This document shows positions 23,192-31,850 of a stretch of 64,000 nt of DNA, one piece after another (position 1 is the first letter of the stretch; every line of letters begins with the position of its first letter). Source of the DNA: an uncultured Pelagibacteraceae bacterium (GTDB taxonomy: Bacteria > Pseudomonadota > Alphaproteobacteria > Pelagibacterales > Pelagibacteraceae); assembly GCA_902594655.1 (NCBI GenBank), contig CACJMW010000003.1:12403-76402 (forward strand), in the 5' to 3' direction. The translations under genes and the position numbers were made by a program. The notes beneath the pieces are model-generated. The model searched no databases and was not told where the DNA came from. It saw nothing but the letters and a program-made list of their open reading frames with translations.

Positions 23192-23308
23192 ATGAAAAAA
23201 AAAAGAAAGCCTTCAAAGCTTGATCTTGAGAACGCGCTGAGGAAGAATCTCCGAAAAAGAAAAATTTTACAAAAAAAAATTAGTAATAAAGATGATACTA
23301 AGCGATAA
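23192..23308 (+). CDS. Small basic protein (38 aa; not in the ORF track)
   Basis: MKKKRKPSKLDLENALRKNLRKRKILQKKISNKDDTKR*; fills the gap before dcd and overlaps its start; ALRxNLRxRK motif. Confidence 0.55.
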   Translation: MKKKRKPSKLDLENALRKNLRKRKILQKKISNKDDTKR

Positions 23309-23843
23309 GCAAATAACAAAACTTTCAGAAGATCAAGAAATGATAAGTCCATTTGTAAGCAAAAGTATTTCGAAGGGAATAAGTCATGGACTTAATTCTT
23401 TTGGATATGATCTGAGATGTGGATCAGAGTTCAAAATATTTACAAATATTAAAGGCGCAACAGCAGATCCCAAAAATTTTAGTGAAGATAATTTTATTAC
23501 AGTTAAAGGTGAAGATTCTATATTAATCCCACCAAATTCTTTCGCACTTGCTAGTAGTCTTGAATATTTTAAGATGCCACGTAATGTTACTGGACTTGTA
23601 ACTGCCAAATCTACTTATGCACGATGCGGATTAGGTACGCCACCGACTGTTCTTGAGGCAGGATGGCATGGTAACTTAGTACTTGAGTTTTCTAACCACA
23701 CCAGCAATTCAATAAGATTATACGCAAATAGTGGTGCTGCACAAATCTTATTTTTTCAAGGAGAACAACCTCAAATTTCTTATGCAGATAGAGATGGAAA
23801 ATATCAAGGGCAAACTGGAATCACTTTAGCAAAATCAAAATAA
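23292..23843 (+). CDS. dcd: dCTP deaminase
   Basis: IS.GL.SFGYDLR, IPPNSFAL, KSTYARCG, LEAGWHG, Y.DRDGKYQGQ.GITL. Confidence 0.95.
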   Translation: MILSDKQITKLSEDQEMISPFVSKSISKGISHGLNSFGYDLRCGSEFKIFTNIKGATADPKNFSEDNFITVKGEDSILIPPNSFALASSLEYFKMPRNVTGLVTAKSTYARCGLGTPPTVLEAGWHGNLVLEFSNHTSNSIRLYANSGAAQILFFQGEQPQISYADRDGKYQGQTGITLAKSK

Positions 23844-23847
23844 GATA

Positions 23848-25116
23848 ATGAAGAAATTTATAATTAAGGGCCCTAATAAAGCTATAAAGGGAGAAGTAAA
23901 TATAAGTGGAGCAAAAAATTCTTGCCTCCCATTGATGGCAGCATCTATTTTATTCAAAAATAAAATAACTTTAAAAAATGTTCCTTTTGTAAAAGACGTT
24001 TTTACAATGAAAGATCTTTTAGTTTCTTTAGGTGCAAAAGTTTATTTTTCTGAGTCCAAAAAAATTATGATTATTAGTAATAAAAATAATCATAAATTAA
24101 CAGTGCCTTACAACTTAGTTTCAACTATGAGAGCGGGAGTTCTAACAATGGGTCCATTGCTGGCAAGATATCCACAAAAAAGAATTAAAGTTGCTTTAGG
24201 CGGCGGTTGTGCTTTAGGTGTGAGGGACACCAACTGGCACTTGGCGGGCTTTAAAAGCTTGGGTGCAAAGAATAGTTTAAATAGTGGATATGTTAATATT
24301 ACAACTAATCGAGGTTTAATTGGAAATAAGTATAAATTTCCCAAAGTAACTGTTACGGGTACCTCAAATCTTATAATGGCTTCTATATTCATTAAGGGAA
24401 CACATTATCTGAAAAATATTTCTATTGAGCCAGAAGTTATAGATTTAATTAATTTCTTAAACAATTCTGGAGCAAAAATTAAATTTTTAGGGAAAAGATC
24501 AATTAAAATAAAAGGAGTGAAAGAACTTCTTAGCGGTTCGCATACAATTATAGGTGATAGAATCGAAGCTTTTAGCTATTTATGTGTTGGAGCTATCACA
24601 AATGGAAAAATTAAAATTAACAATATTAATCCAAATCATCTTTTATCAGAAATTAATATATTAAAAAAAATTGGATATAATATCGAAACAAAAATTAATT
24701 CTATAAAAATATCATCTAAAAATAAATTGAAAGCTATAAATTTAAGAACTGGGCCTTTTCCTAATTTCGCTACAGATAATATGCCTTTATTATTAGCTGT
24801 ACTGACAACTGTAAAAGGCAAAAGTCAAATTGAAGAAACTATATTTTCAAATCGATTTATGGCTGCACCAGAATTAAATAGGATGGGAGCTAATATCAGT
24901 ATAAAAAAAAATAAGGCAATAATTATTGGTCAAAAAAAACTTAACGCTGCCGATTGTATTTCTTCCGATCTTAGAACAACCTTTTCAATTATTTTAGGCG
25001 CTATAGCCGCCTCTGGTTCATCAACAATATCAAGAATATATCACGGCTTAAGAGGGTATTATAATCTTGAATTAAAATTAAAAAAAATTGGTATTCAAAT
25101 TACATCAAAATCTTAA
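23848..25116 (+). CDS. murA: UDP-N-acetylglucosamine 1-carboxyvinyltransferase
   Basis: SGAKNS.LP, MRA, GGC.LG.R, DRIEA, FATD, ETIF.NRF, SDLR, RGY. Confidence 0.93.
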   Translation: MKKFIIKGPNKAIKGEVNISGAKNSCLPLMAASILFKNKITLKNVPFVKDVFTMKDLLVSLGAKVYFSESKKIMIISNKNNHKLTVPYNLVSTMRAGVLTMGPLLARYPQKRIKVALGGGCALGVRDTNWHLAGFKSLGAKNSLNSGYVNITTNRGLIGNKYKFPKVTVTGTSNLIMASIFIKGTHYLKNISIEPEVIDLINFLNNSGAKIKFLGKRSIKIKGVKELLSGSHTIIGDRIEAFSYLCVGAITNGKIKINNINPNHLLSEINILKKIGYNIETKINSIKISSKNKLKAINLRTGPFPNFATDNMPLLLAVLTTVKGKSQIEETIFSNRFMAAPELNRMGANISIKKNKAIIIGQKKLNAADCISSDLRTTFSIILGAIAASGSSTISRIYHGLRGYYNLELKLKKIGIQITSKS

Positions 25117-25521
25117 ATGACTAAGAAATTCTTAAAAAAAATAATAGCACAAAATCAAGAAGATCTAAGGGTTATTTCAGCCCTTTGTTCTGAGTCAAAA
25201 GTTAAACAATCTGAGATTAAATTTTTAAAAGATAACAAAATTTTTTTAATATCTCTTGAAAGAGAAAATAAAGAAAACCTAAATAATAAAAAAAAAATAA
25301 ATAGTATTTTAAAATTTGAATTTATTGAAAAATCTAAGGCAAAAAATATAAATCAACATGATGAAGAAAATATTCTTGAGCTGCTAGCAATAGATCTATT
25401 TAAAAAAGAAAAAAATTATGAAATAATTCTGTTATTTTCTAATAATGGGATTATAACCCTCGAGGCCGAAGTGGTAGAAATTGAACTAGATAATGTAGAA
25501 AAGATAAATGATAAAAATTAA
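25117..25521 (+). CDS. DUF2948-like protein
   Basis: EDLRVISAL...LELLAI...LLFS..GII.L.AE; conserved position between murA and hisD in alphaproteobacteria. Confidence 0.75.
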   Translation: MTKKFLKKIIAQNQEDLRVISALCSESKVKQSEIKFLKDNKIFLISLERENKENLNNKKKINSILKFEFIEKSKAKNINQHDEENILELLAIDLFKKEKNYEIILLFSNNGIITLEAEVVEIELDNVEKINDKN

Positions 25522-26773
25522 AAAATTCATAGGTCCGAGGGGTTTAAGAATACTTGAACAAAAATTAGACAAAAGGAGATTTTATCAAAATAATAGTATA
25601 CCTATTGTTTCAAGAATACTTAAGGATATTAAGAAAAAAAAAACTAAAGCATTATTAAAGTATGAAAAAAAGTTTAGTAATAACAAAAAAATTAAACCCT
25701 CTCAAAAAGAAATTAATGAGGCGGTAATTAATTTAAGTCCAAAAATTAAAAAAGCAATTGATTTTGCATATGGTAGAATTTTTAAGTACCACTTACTTCA
25801 AAAACCAAAAGATACTGTCTTTAAAGACAATCTCAATAACAGTCTAGGATATAAATCTGTCCCAATAAATAAAGTTGGAATTTACGTTCCAGCAAATTTA
25901 CCATCTACACTATTGATGAATGCAATTCCTGCAAAAGTTGCGGGTGTTAAGAAAATTATTTTAGCTAGCCCAAGGTATAATAATAAATTAAATCCAGCAG
26001 TAATGTACGCTGCAAGAAAACTTGGAATTAAAGAAATTCTTTCTATTGGTGGCGCGCAGGCGATAGGCAGTTTAACATACATTCAAAAAGTTGATAAGAT
26101 AGTCGGACCTGGAAATATATACGTTGCAAAAGCAAAAAAAGAAGTTTTTGGAGATGTTGGAGTTGAGGGAATGATAGCAGGACCATCAGAAATAACAATA
26201 TTAGCTGATAAGAAATCAGAAATCAAAAGTGTTATTACTTCTTTAATTGGACAAGCAGAACATGATGTAAATTCACAATGTATTATCATTTCAAAAGATA
26301 TTAAAATGTTAAAAAGTATAAATAAATTAATCAAATTAAATTTGAAAAGTTTGTCCAGAAAACAAATTGCTGAAAAAAGTTTAAAAAAAAATGGATTATT
26401 AATTCACGCTCAAAATGATAAAAATATAATTGATTTAATAAATCTTATAGCACCTGAACATCTAGAATTAAATGTATCACAACCAAAAAAATATTTAAAA
26501 AAAATTTCAAATGCTGGAAGCGTATGTATTGGTAAGTTTTCTGCTATGGCTGTAACAGATTATAACGCCGGCACCAATCATGTTTTGCCTACTATGGGGT
26601 CTGCAAGATTTTCATCTGGTTTAAATGTTGGGGATTTTTGTAAAAAAATTAGCTACATAAATTTAACAAAAAAGGGTATTGAAGTAATTGGCAAGCAAGC
26701 TATAACACTTGCCGAGTATGAAAATTTAGAAGGTCATGCTCAAAGTATTAAATCAAGAATTAGGAGTAATTAA
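25508..26773 (+). CDS. hisD: Histidinol dehydrogenase
   Basis: [47 protein letters not shown]. Confidence 0.95.
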   Translation: MIKIKKFIGPRGLRILEQKLDKRRFYQNNSIPIVSRILKDIKKKKTKALLKYEKKFSNNKKIKPSQKEINEAVINLSPKIKKAIDFAYGRIFKYHLLQKPKDTVFKDNLNNSLGYKSVPINKVGIYVPANLPSTLLMNAIPAKVAGVKKIILASPRYNNKLNPAVMYAARKLGIKEILSIGGAQAIGSLTYIQKVDKIVGPGNIYVAKAKKEVFGDVGVEGMIAGPSEITILADKKSEIKSVITSLIGQAEHDVNSQCIIISKDIKMLKSINKLIKLNLKSLSRKQIAEKSLKKNGLLIHAQNDKNIIDLINLIAPEHLELNVSQPKKYLKKISNAGSVCIGKFSAMAVTDYNAGTNHVLPTMGSARFSSGLNVGDFCKKISYINLTKKGIEVIGKQAITLAEYENLEGHAQSIKSRIRSN

Positions 26774-26775
26774 AC

Positions 26776-26991
26776 TTGGCAAAACAAGATACTTTAACTT
26801 TCGATGGTGTAGTAAAAGATTTGCTACCAAACGCAATGTTTAGAGTAGAGCTGTCAAATGGACATATGATAACGGCACATACAGCCGGAAAATTAAGAAA
26901 AAATCGTATAAGAGTCCTACAAGGAGATAAAGTTACAGTTGAGATGACTCCTTATGATTTAACTAAAGGTCGAATAATATTTCGGTCTTAA
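26776..26991 (+). CDS. infA: Translation initiation factor IF-1
   Basis: [40 protein letters not shown]. Confidence 0.97.
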   Translation: MAKQDTLTFDGVVKDLLPNAMFRVELSNGHMITAHTAGKLRKNRIRVLQGDKVTVEMTPYDLTKGRIIFRS

Positions 26992-26995
26992 TTAT

Positions 26996-27071
26996 GGAAC
27001 CCTGGTGTAGCTGGTGCGCACGAACGCCTGAAAAGCGTTAGGACCTGGTTCGTTTCCAGGGGGTTCCACCA
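26996..27071 (+). tRNA. tRNA-Phe(GAA)
   Basis: GGAACCC/GGGTTCC acceptor stem, AACGC-CTGAAAA-GCGTT anticodon arm, CCTGG/CCAGG T-stem, ACCA end. Confidence 0.92.
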
Positions 27072-27163
27072 CAAAATAATTTCTTGAATAAATTTTAAAA
27101 ATACATTAACAAACACCCAAGCTAAAATTTAGCTTAATTAATAACAACGAAGAAAGAGTAAAA

Positions 27164-27373
27164 ATGAGTCTAAAAGGTAAAATAAAATGGTACAACTCGA
27201 AGAAGGGTTACGGGTTTATCGAAAGAGAAGATAAAGAAAAAGATGTGTTCGTACATGCGAGCGCAGTTAGGGATGCAGGATTAAAATTCTTGAACGAAGG
27301 TGATGAACTTACTTTCGATGTCGAGGATGCAGACAAAGGTCCTTCGGCAGTCAACTTACAAAAAACGTCGTAA
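27164..27373 (+). CDS. Cold-shock protein (CspA family)
   Basis: KWYN..KGYGFI, DVFVHAS, KGPSAVNL. Confidence 0.95.
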   Translation: MSLKGKIKWYNSKKGYGFIEREDKEKDVFVHASAVRDAGLKFLNEGDELTFDVEDADKGPSAVNLQKTS

Positions 27374-27391
27374 ATCTTAATCATCAACATT

Positions 27392-27442
27392 ATTGTATAG
27401 GGATGTATTAGTAAAAATTTACTAAAACTATTCCTATACAAT
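27392..27442 (+). terminator. Long imperfect hairpin after csp (terminator or 3' stabiliser)
   Basis: ATTGTATAGG (27392-27401) pairs with CCTATACAAT (27433-27442); inner TTAGTAAA/TTTACTAA. No clean U-tract. Confidence 0.5.
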
Positions 27443-27483
27443 TCATCCTTGAATTTTTAAATTTTAATGCTATTTAATTACCA

Positions 27484-27558
27484 ATGATTAATAAAATTAG
27501 TACTTTCAGATCTACTCACAGACATCATTTTCATGCTGGCTGCACGCTAGCTATTTAA
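27484..27558 (+). CDS. His-rich leader peptide (24 aa), candidate his attenuator
   Basis: MINKISTFRSTHRHHFHAGCTLAI*: 4 His in 6 codons, directly upstream of tRNA-His/hisS-hisZ-hisG; preceded by TTGAAT...TGcTATTTA promoter-like sequence. Confidence 0.75.
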   Translation: MINKISTFRSTHRHHFHAGCTLAI

Positions 27559-27610
27559 TCATTTTAAAAATTTAAATTTAACAATTATTAGTATAAAACA
27601 GTGAAAGGAA

Positions 27611-27685
27611 GCTGCCGTCGTATAATAGTTATTACTCCCGCCTGTGGAGCGGGCTATCTTGGTGCGATTCCAAGCGGCAGTACCA
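27611..27685 (+). tRNA. tRNA-His(GTG), alphaproteobacterial type (no G-1, G1:U72, A73)
   Basis: GCTGCCG/CGGCAGT acceptor stem, CCCGC-CTGTGGA-GCGGG anticodon arm, CTTGG/CCAAG T-stem, A-CCA end. Confidence 0.92.
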
Positions 27686-27688
27686 AAA

Positions 27689-29077
27689 ATGAAAAAAGAA
27701 AACAATTTAATACCCAGTCTTCCAAAAGGATTTAAAGACAGATGGGGCAAAGAATTAGCTTTAAAGAAAAAAATATTAAAAATAATTGAGGCTAATTTTT
27801 CAAAATATGGATTTTTACCATTGGAAACTTCTCCAATGGAAATTAGTGAAAATATAGGATCATTTCTTGCAGATGATGAGTCTAATCCTATGTCAGATGT
27901 ATTTTCATTTAAGGATGATAAGGAATCCTTAACCCTCCGTTATGATATGAGCGCACCGCTAGCAAGGTTTGTTGCTCAAAATTATAGAGACCTAACATTC
28001 CCTTACAAAAGATATACCTATGGAGATGTTTTTAGGCGAGAGAAGCCTGACAGTGCGAGATATAGATCTTTCATGCAATTTGATGCTGATATTATAGGCA
28101 ATGTTAACGAAGCACAGGCAGATACCGAAATTTGTAACATTATTGCAGATACATTTTTAAATTGTGGTCTTAAGTCAGATCAATTTACCATCAATGTCTC
28201 AAATAGGAAAATTGTTCAAGGATTAATGGCTGAATTAAAAATAACTAGCGATCAAGAACTTAAAGTAATCAGAGCAATTGATAAACTAGAAAGAATTGGA
28301 TTAGATGGTGTAAATGATCTATTACAAAAAGAGAGAAAAGATGAGAGTGGAGCCATAACTAAAGGCGCTAATTTAACTAGTGATCAAACCTCTCAGATAA
28401 TAGAATTCTTAAAAATAAAAGATATCAATTCTCTAAAATCAAATATTAAAAATGAAATCTCACAAGAAGGCATAAAAGAAATAGAGGAATTATTTAATAT
28501 TTTATTAAAAGGAAAATTTTCAAATCAAGTTAAAACGAATTTTAACATAGTTAGAGGTCTAGCGTATTATTCTGGTTTCTGTGTTGAGACAAATTTAAAT
28601 TTCAAAGGGAAAAACGCCCAAGGTAAAGAAATAGATATAGGTTCTTGTGCATCTGGAGGCAGGTACAATTCACTCATTAAAAGATTTAAGGGTGTTGACT
28701 TTAAAGGTACAGGAATGTCTATTGGAGTGGACAGGTTAGTTTTTGCTCTTGATCAATTAGATCAATTTAAAGAAGAAGATAACAATAACATTCTAGTTTG
28801 TGTTTTAGATCCAAATTATTTAGATCAATATTATAAAATTGTAAATGAGCTTAGAGAAAATAATATTAATTCTGAGATATATCTTGATCCAAGTAAAAAT
28901 TTAAAAAAACAATTAACTTATGCTGATAAAAAGGGTTGTTCTCTTGCAATAATTTGCGGCCAAGAAGAAATTGAGCAAGGCAAAATAACAATTAAGAAAT
29001 TAAAATCTAAAAAAGAAAACGATCAAATATCGATCTCATCAAAAAATTTAATAAATGAAATCAAAAAACTTATCTAA
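27689..29077 (+). CDS. hisS: Histidine--tRNA ligase
   Basis: PKGFKD, LRYD..APLAR, FRREKP...RYRSFMQFDAD, VRGLAYY.G, GGRY, SIGVDR. The ORF-track start (27644) lies inside the tRNA, so ATG 27689 is used. Confidence 0.95.
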   Translation: MKKENNLIPSLPKGFKDRWGKELALKKKILKIIEANFSKYGFLPLETSPMEISENIGSFLADDESNPMSDVFSFKDDKESLTLRYDMSAPLARFVAQNYRDLTFPYKRYTYGDVFRREKPDSARYRSFMQFDADIIGNVNEAQADTEICNIIADTFLNCGLKSDQFTINVSNRKIVQGLMAELKITSDQELKVIRAIDKLERIGLDGVNDLLQKERKDESGAITKGANLTSDQTSQIIEFLKIKDINSLKSNIKNEISQEGIKEIEELFNILLKGKFSNQVKTNFNIVRGLAYYSGFCVETNLNFKGKNAQGKEIDIGSCASGGRYNSLIKRFKGVDFKGTGMSIGVDRLVFALDQLDQFKEEDNNNILVCVLDPNYLDQYYKIVNELRENNINSEIYLDPSKNLKKQLTYADKKGCSLAIICGQEEIEQGKITIKKLKSKKENDQISISSKNLINEIKKLI

Positions 29078-30110
29078 TAAAATCCTTAGATCGATTAAAT
29101 CTAGCGGGTTTAAAAATATTGAATTAGATTCAGTAATCGAAACAAAGTACATTCTAAGAAGATCAGGCGAAAATTTTAGAAAGTTCCTTTTTTCTTTTCA
29201 AGATTTAAAAGGAAATGAATTATGTTTAAGACCCGATTTAAGTATTTCATCTGTTCTTAGATACTTAGATAATAAATCTAAAAAAAGGGAAAAGATTTTT
29301 TATAATGCAGAGGCATATAGAAAAACTTACCAAAAAAAAGATAGCATCATAAAAAATCAAATTGGATTTGAAATACTAGGTTCTAACAATAAAGAAAAAG
29401 ATGATCGTGAAATAATAAATACCTCTCTCAAAGTTTTAAAATTAAGTGGATTTAATAAAGCAACTTTAAAATTAGGGAATGTAGAATTGTTCTATCTTTT
29501 AGTTGATAAATTAGAAATGCCTCAAAGATGGAAACAAAGATTGAAAAGATATTATTGGAATGAAAATTATTTTAGCCAGTTATTAAAAAGACTTGAAACA
29601 AATTCAGACATTGACCCTGTGTTTGTAGAAACTGATAAGTCAAAATTTAAAAAAATGCAAAAAATGGACAAAAATAAAGTTATTGCTGGAAGAACTTATC
29701 AAGAAATTCTTGAAAGATTCAGTATGAAAATTAATGATCCACGAAGAAGTTCAAGGGGAAAAATAAATACAAAAATTATTAAAGAGTTTCTTAAAATAAA
29801 ATGTCCATTAGAGAAAGCGCCTAAAATCCTTAATTCTTTTTTTAAAAAGTATTCACTAAATATTATTGTTGGGAAAGATTATTTTCCTATCCAGAAAAAA
29901 AATAATAAAAACTTAAAAGTAGAATTTCTAACATCTAATGGTAGAGAACTAGAAATATATTCCTCAATTGTTTTCTCAATCGATGTCAAAATTAAATCTA
30001 AAGTTAGCAACTTTATTTTAGGAGGTCGTTATGACCGATTAACTGAAAATTTAGGTTTTAAAAAAGTTCCTGCAGTTGGAGCAGCCATTAATATGGGAGT
30101 TTATGAATAA
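29055..30110 (+). CDS. hisZ: ATP phosphoribosyltransferase regulatory subunit
   Basis: LCLRPDL, QIGFE, GGRYD.L...LG...VPAVG; between hisS and hisG. Confidence 0.88.
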   Translation: MKSKNLSNKILRSIKSSGFKNIELDSVIETKYILRRSGENFRKFLFSFQDLKGNELCLRPDLSISSVLRYLDNKSKKREKIFYNAEAYRKTYQKKDSIIKNQIGFEILGSNNKEKDDREIINTSLKVLKLSGFNKATLKLGNVELFYLLVDKLEMPQRWKQRLKRYYWNENYFSQLLKRLETNSDIDPVFVETDKSKFKKMQKMDKNKVIAGRTYQEILERFSMKINDPRRSSRGKINTKIIKEFLKIKCPLEKAPKILNSFFKKYSLNIIVGKDYFPIQKKNNKNLKVEFLTSNGRELEIYSSIVFSIDVKIKSKVSNFILGGRYDRLTENLGFKKVPAVGAAINMGVYE

Positions 30111-30792
30111 CAATATAATTAATATTGCTTTGCCTGCAAAAGGAAGATTGCGTGAAAAATCTTTAGAAATTTTTAAAAAGAAAAAACTTCAGATTTATTC
30201 TGAAAGAGGTGAAAGAGATTTATTTGGTTATGTAAAAAATCATCCTGAAATTAAAATAATTTATCTGCACGCAAGAGAAGCAATAGAATCTTTATCTCAA
30301 GGTAATATTGATATTGCTATTTCAGGATATGATCTTCTTAAAGAAAGTGAAGCAAATATACAAAGAAATATAATAATTAATAAAAGATTAAACTTTGGAA
30401 GAGCAGATTTAGTTTTAGCTATAAGTGAATTATGGATTGATGTGCAGACACTATTAGATTTAGATGAAGTAGCTTATGAATTTAAGAAGAAAAAAGGAAG
30501 ATTAATTAGAATTTCAACTAAATATCCAGCGCTCACTCAAGCATTTTTATATTCAAAAGGAATTAGCCAATTCCAAATTTTAAGAAGCTTAGGATCTACT
30601 GAGGCTGCTGTTCAAGCAGGCACAGCTGAGGTTATATCGGATATCACCTCAAGTGGTGCCACCTTAAAAGCAAACAATCTTAGAATATTAAAAGATGGTT
30701 TAATTTTAAAAACCGAAGCTTGCCTTATGAGTTCTAAACTGAGTTTGAAAAAAAAAGGCATTAATAAAATAATAAATTTACTAAAAAAATAG
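30103..30792 (+). CDS. hisG: ATP phosphoribosyltransferase (short form)
   Basis: IALPAKGRL, G.DLL.E, L.FG.ADLV, STKYP, GSTEAA, DITSSGATLKANNL; ATG 30103. Confidence 0.93.
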   Translation: MNNNIINIALPAKGRLREKSLEIFKKKKLQIYSERGERDLFGYVKNHPEIKIIYLHAREAIESLSQGNIDIAISGYDLLKESEANIQRNIIINKRLNFGRADLVLAISELWIDVQTLLDLDEVAYEFKKKKGRLIRISTKYPALTQAFLYSKGISQFQILRSLGSTEAAVQAGTAEVISDITSSGATLKANNLRILKDGLILKTEACLMSSKLSLKKKGINKIINLLKK

Positions 30793-30935
30793 AATTCACA
30801 GACTATGTTACATTCGTTTTGTTAATCCTTTTGAGCCAATAAATAAAAATAAACTAGGTTCTTCAAAAGCTTGGAAAAAGGAAAAGAAATTTGAATACTA
30901 TTGATTAATTAACTTTAGTAAAATATTAAGTAAAT

Positions 30936-31619
30936 ATGCAGTGGAATAATAAATTTAATTATCCAACCTCAACTAGAGCTCTTTATAACGGAAAAAGACT
31001 TTATGATGTAAATAATGAAAAACTTCCATCCGTGACAACAATATTAGAGGCAACCAAGCCACAAAGTGAAATCGATTCATTAAATCGTTGGAAACAAAAA
31101 GTAGGAGAAAGACAAGCTGAAATAATATCAAGAGAATCTCGTGAACGAGGTTCTTCCATGCACGATTATCTTGAAAAATTCTTACTAGGTAAGCTAAATC
31201 TTGAATTATTAGGCGATAACACCCTCGAAAAAAGAATGGCAGATGAAATAATTGAAAATGGCCTTAGAAATAAAGTAGACGAAATATGGGGGGTAGAATC
31301 AGTTGTAGCTTACCCAGGTAAATACGCCGGAGCAGCTGATTTATTTTGTGTATATGAAAAATATCAAACTTGTGTTGACTTCAAAAATGGAAACAAATTA
31401 CGCAGTGAAAGCTGGAATGATACGTATTATTTGCAATTAGCCGCATATTCCTTGGCCCACAATGTTGTTTATGGAACTAATATTAATCAAGGTGTAATTT
31501 TATTTTGTACTAAAGATATTGTTTTTCAGCGTTTTGTAATTTATGGCGATAAATTAAAAGAATATCAAAATAGATTTTTAGAAAGAGTTGAGCAATATTA
31601 TTCCAGTATAAAAAAATAA
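30936..31619 (+). CDS. PD-(D/E)XK exonuclease (phage-type, Cas4/RecB/MGME1 superfamily)
   Basis: LPSVTTIL, RGSSMH..LE, E.....YAGAADL, VDFK, Y.LQLAAY. No C-terminal Fe-S Cys cluster, so not a canonical Cas4. Confidence 0.82.
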   Translation: MQWNNKFNYPTSTRALYNGKRLYDVNNEKLPSVTTILEATKPQSEIDSLNRWKQKVGERQAEIISRESRERGSSMHDYLEKFLLGKLNLELLGDNTLEKRMADEIIENGLRNKVDEIWGVESVVAYPGKYAGAADLFCVYEKYQTCVDFKNGNKLRSESWNDTYYLQLAAYSLAHNVVYGTNINQGVILFCTKDIVFQRFVIYGDKLKEYQNRFLERVEQYYSSIKK

Positions 31620-31628
31620 AAAAAGTTA

Positions 31629-31657
31629 TTGACTTTTAAAAAACACTTTGATAAAGT
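31629..31657 (+). promoter_or_regulatory. Sigma70-type promoter with extended -10
   Basis: TTGACT (31629-34), 17 nt, TGa-TAAAGT (31649-57); predicted start ~31664. Confidence 0.65.
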
Positions 31658-31663
31658 AAAAAA

Positions 31664-31831
31664 TACTAAATAAATAAGTACTTGTTTAGATCTTGTGATG
31701 TTTAGTCCTTTCTTTTCACTCAATCTAAACAATCTAATTTATCTAGAATACGAAGGTACTAGTTTAGATCCTGAGTTGTGTTTCTTGCTTTCAACTTTCT
31801 TTCTAAACTCTGATTTAGACTAGTCTTCGTA
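31664..31831 (+). ncRNA. Candidate structured RNA or 5' leader: two tandem long hairpins (78-nt period)
   Basis: GTACT(T/A)GTTTAGATC(T/C)TG at 31678 and 31756; TCTAAAC at 31724 and 31802; each GTTTAGA/TCTAAAC pair encloses exactly 33 nt. Confidence 0.6.
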
Positions 31832-31850
31832 AATTAAATATGAGGAAAAT

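Noticed and set aside
27559-27750. ORF-track 63-aa minus-strand ORF and the 27644 start for hisS
   Set aside because: Both overlap tRNA-His; hisS homology starts at ATG 27689.
30786-30813. dif-like site (CTATGTTACAT resembles a XerD arm) at the left edge of the nuclease block
   Set aside because: No credible XerC arm at 6-bp spacing and no partner site found at the right edge.
31678-31823. CRISPR array next to a Cas4-like gene
   Set aside because: Only two units; the conserved parts are inverted arms around each variable core rather than full direct repeats; the nuclease lacks the Cas4 Fe-S cysteines; no cas1/cas2. Kept as a structured-RNA candidate instead.
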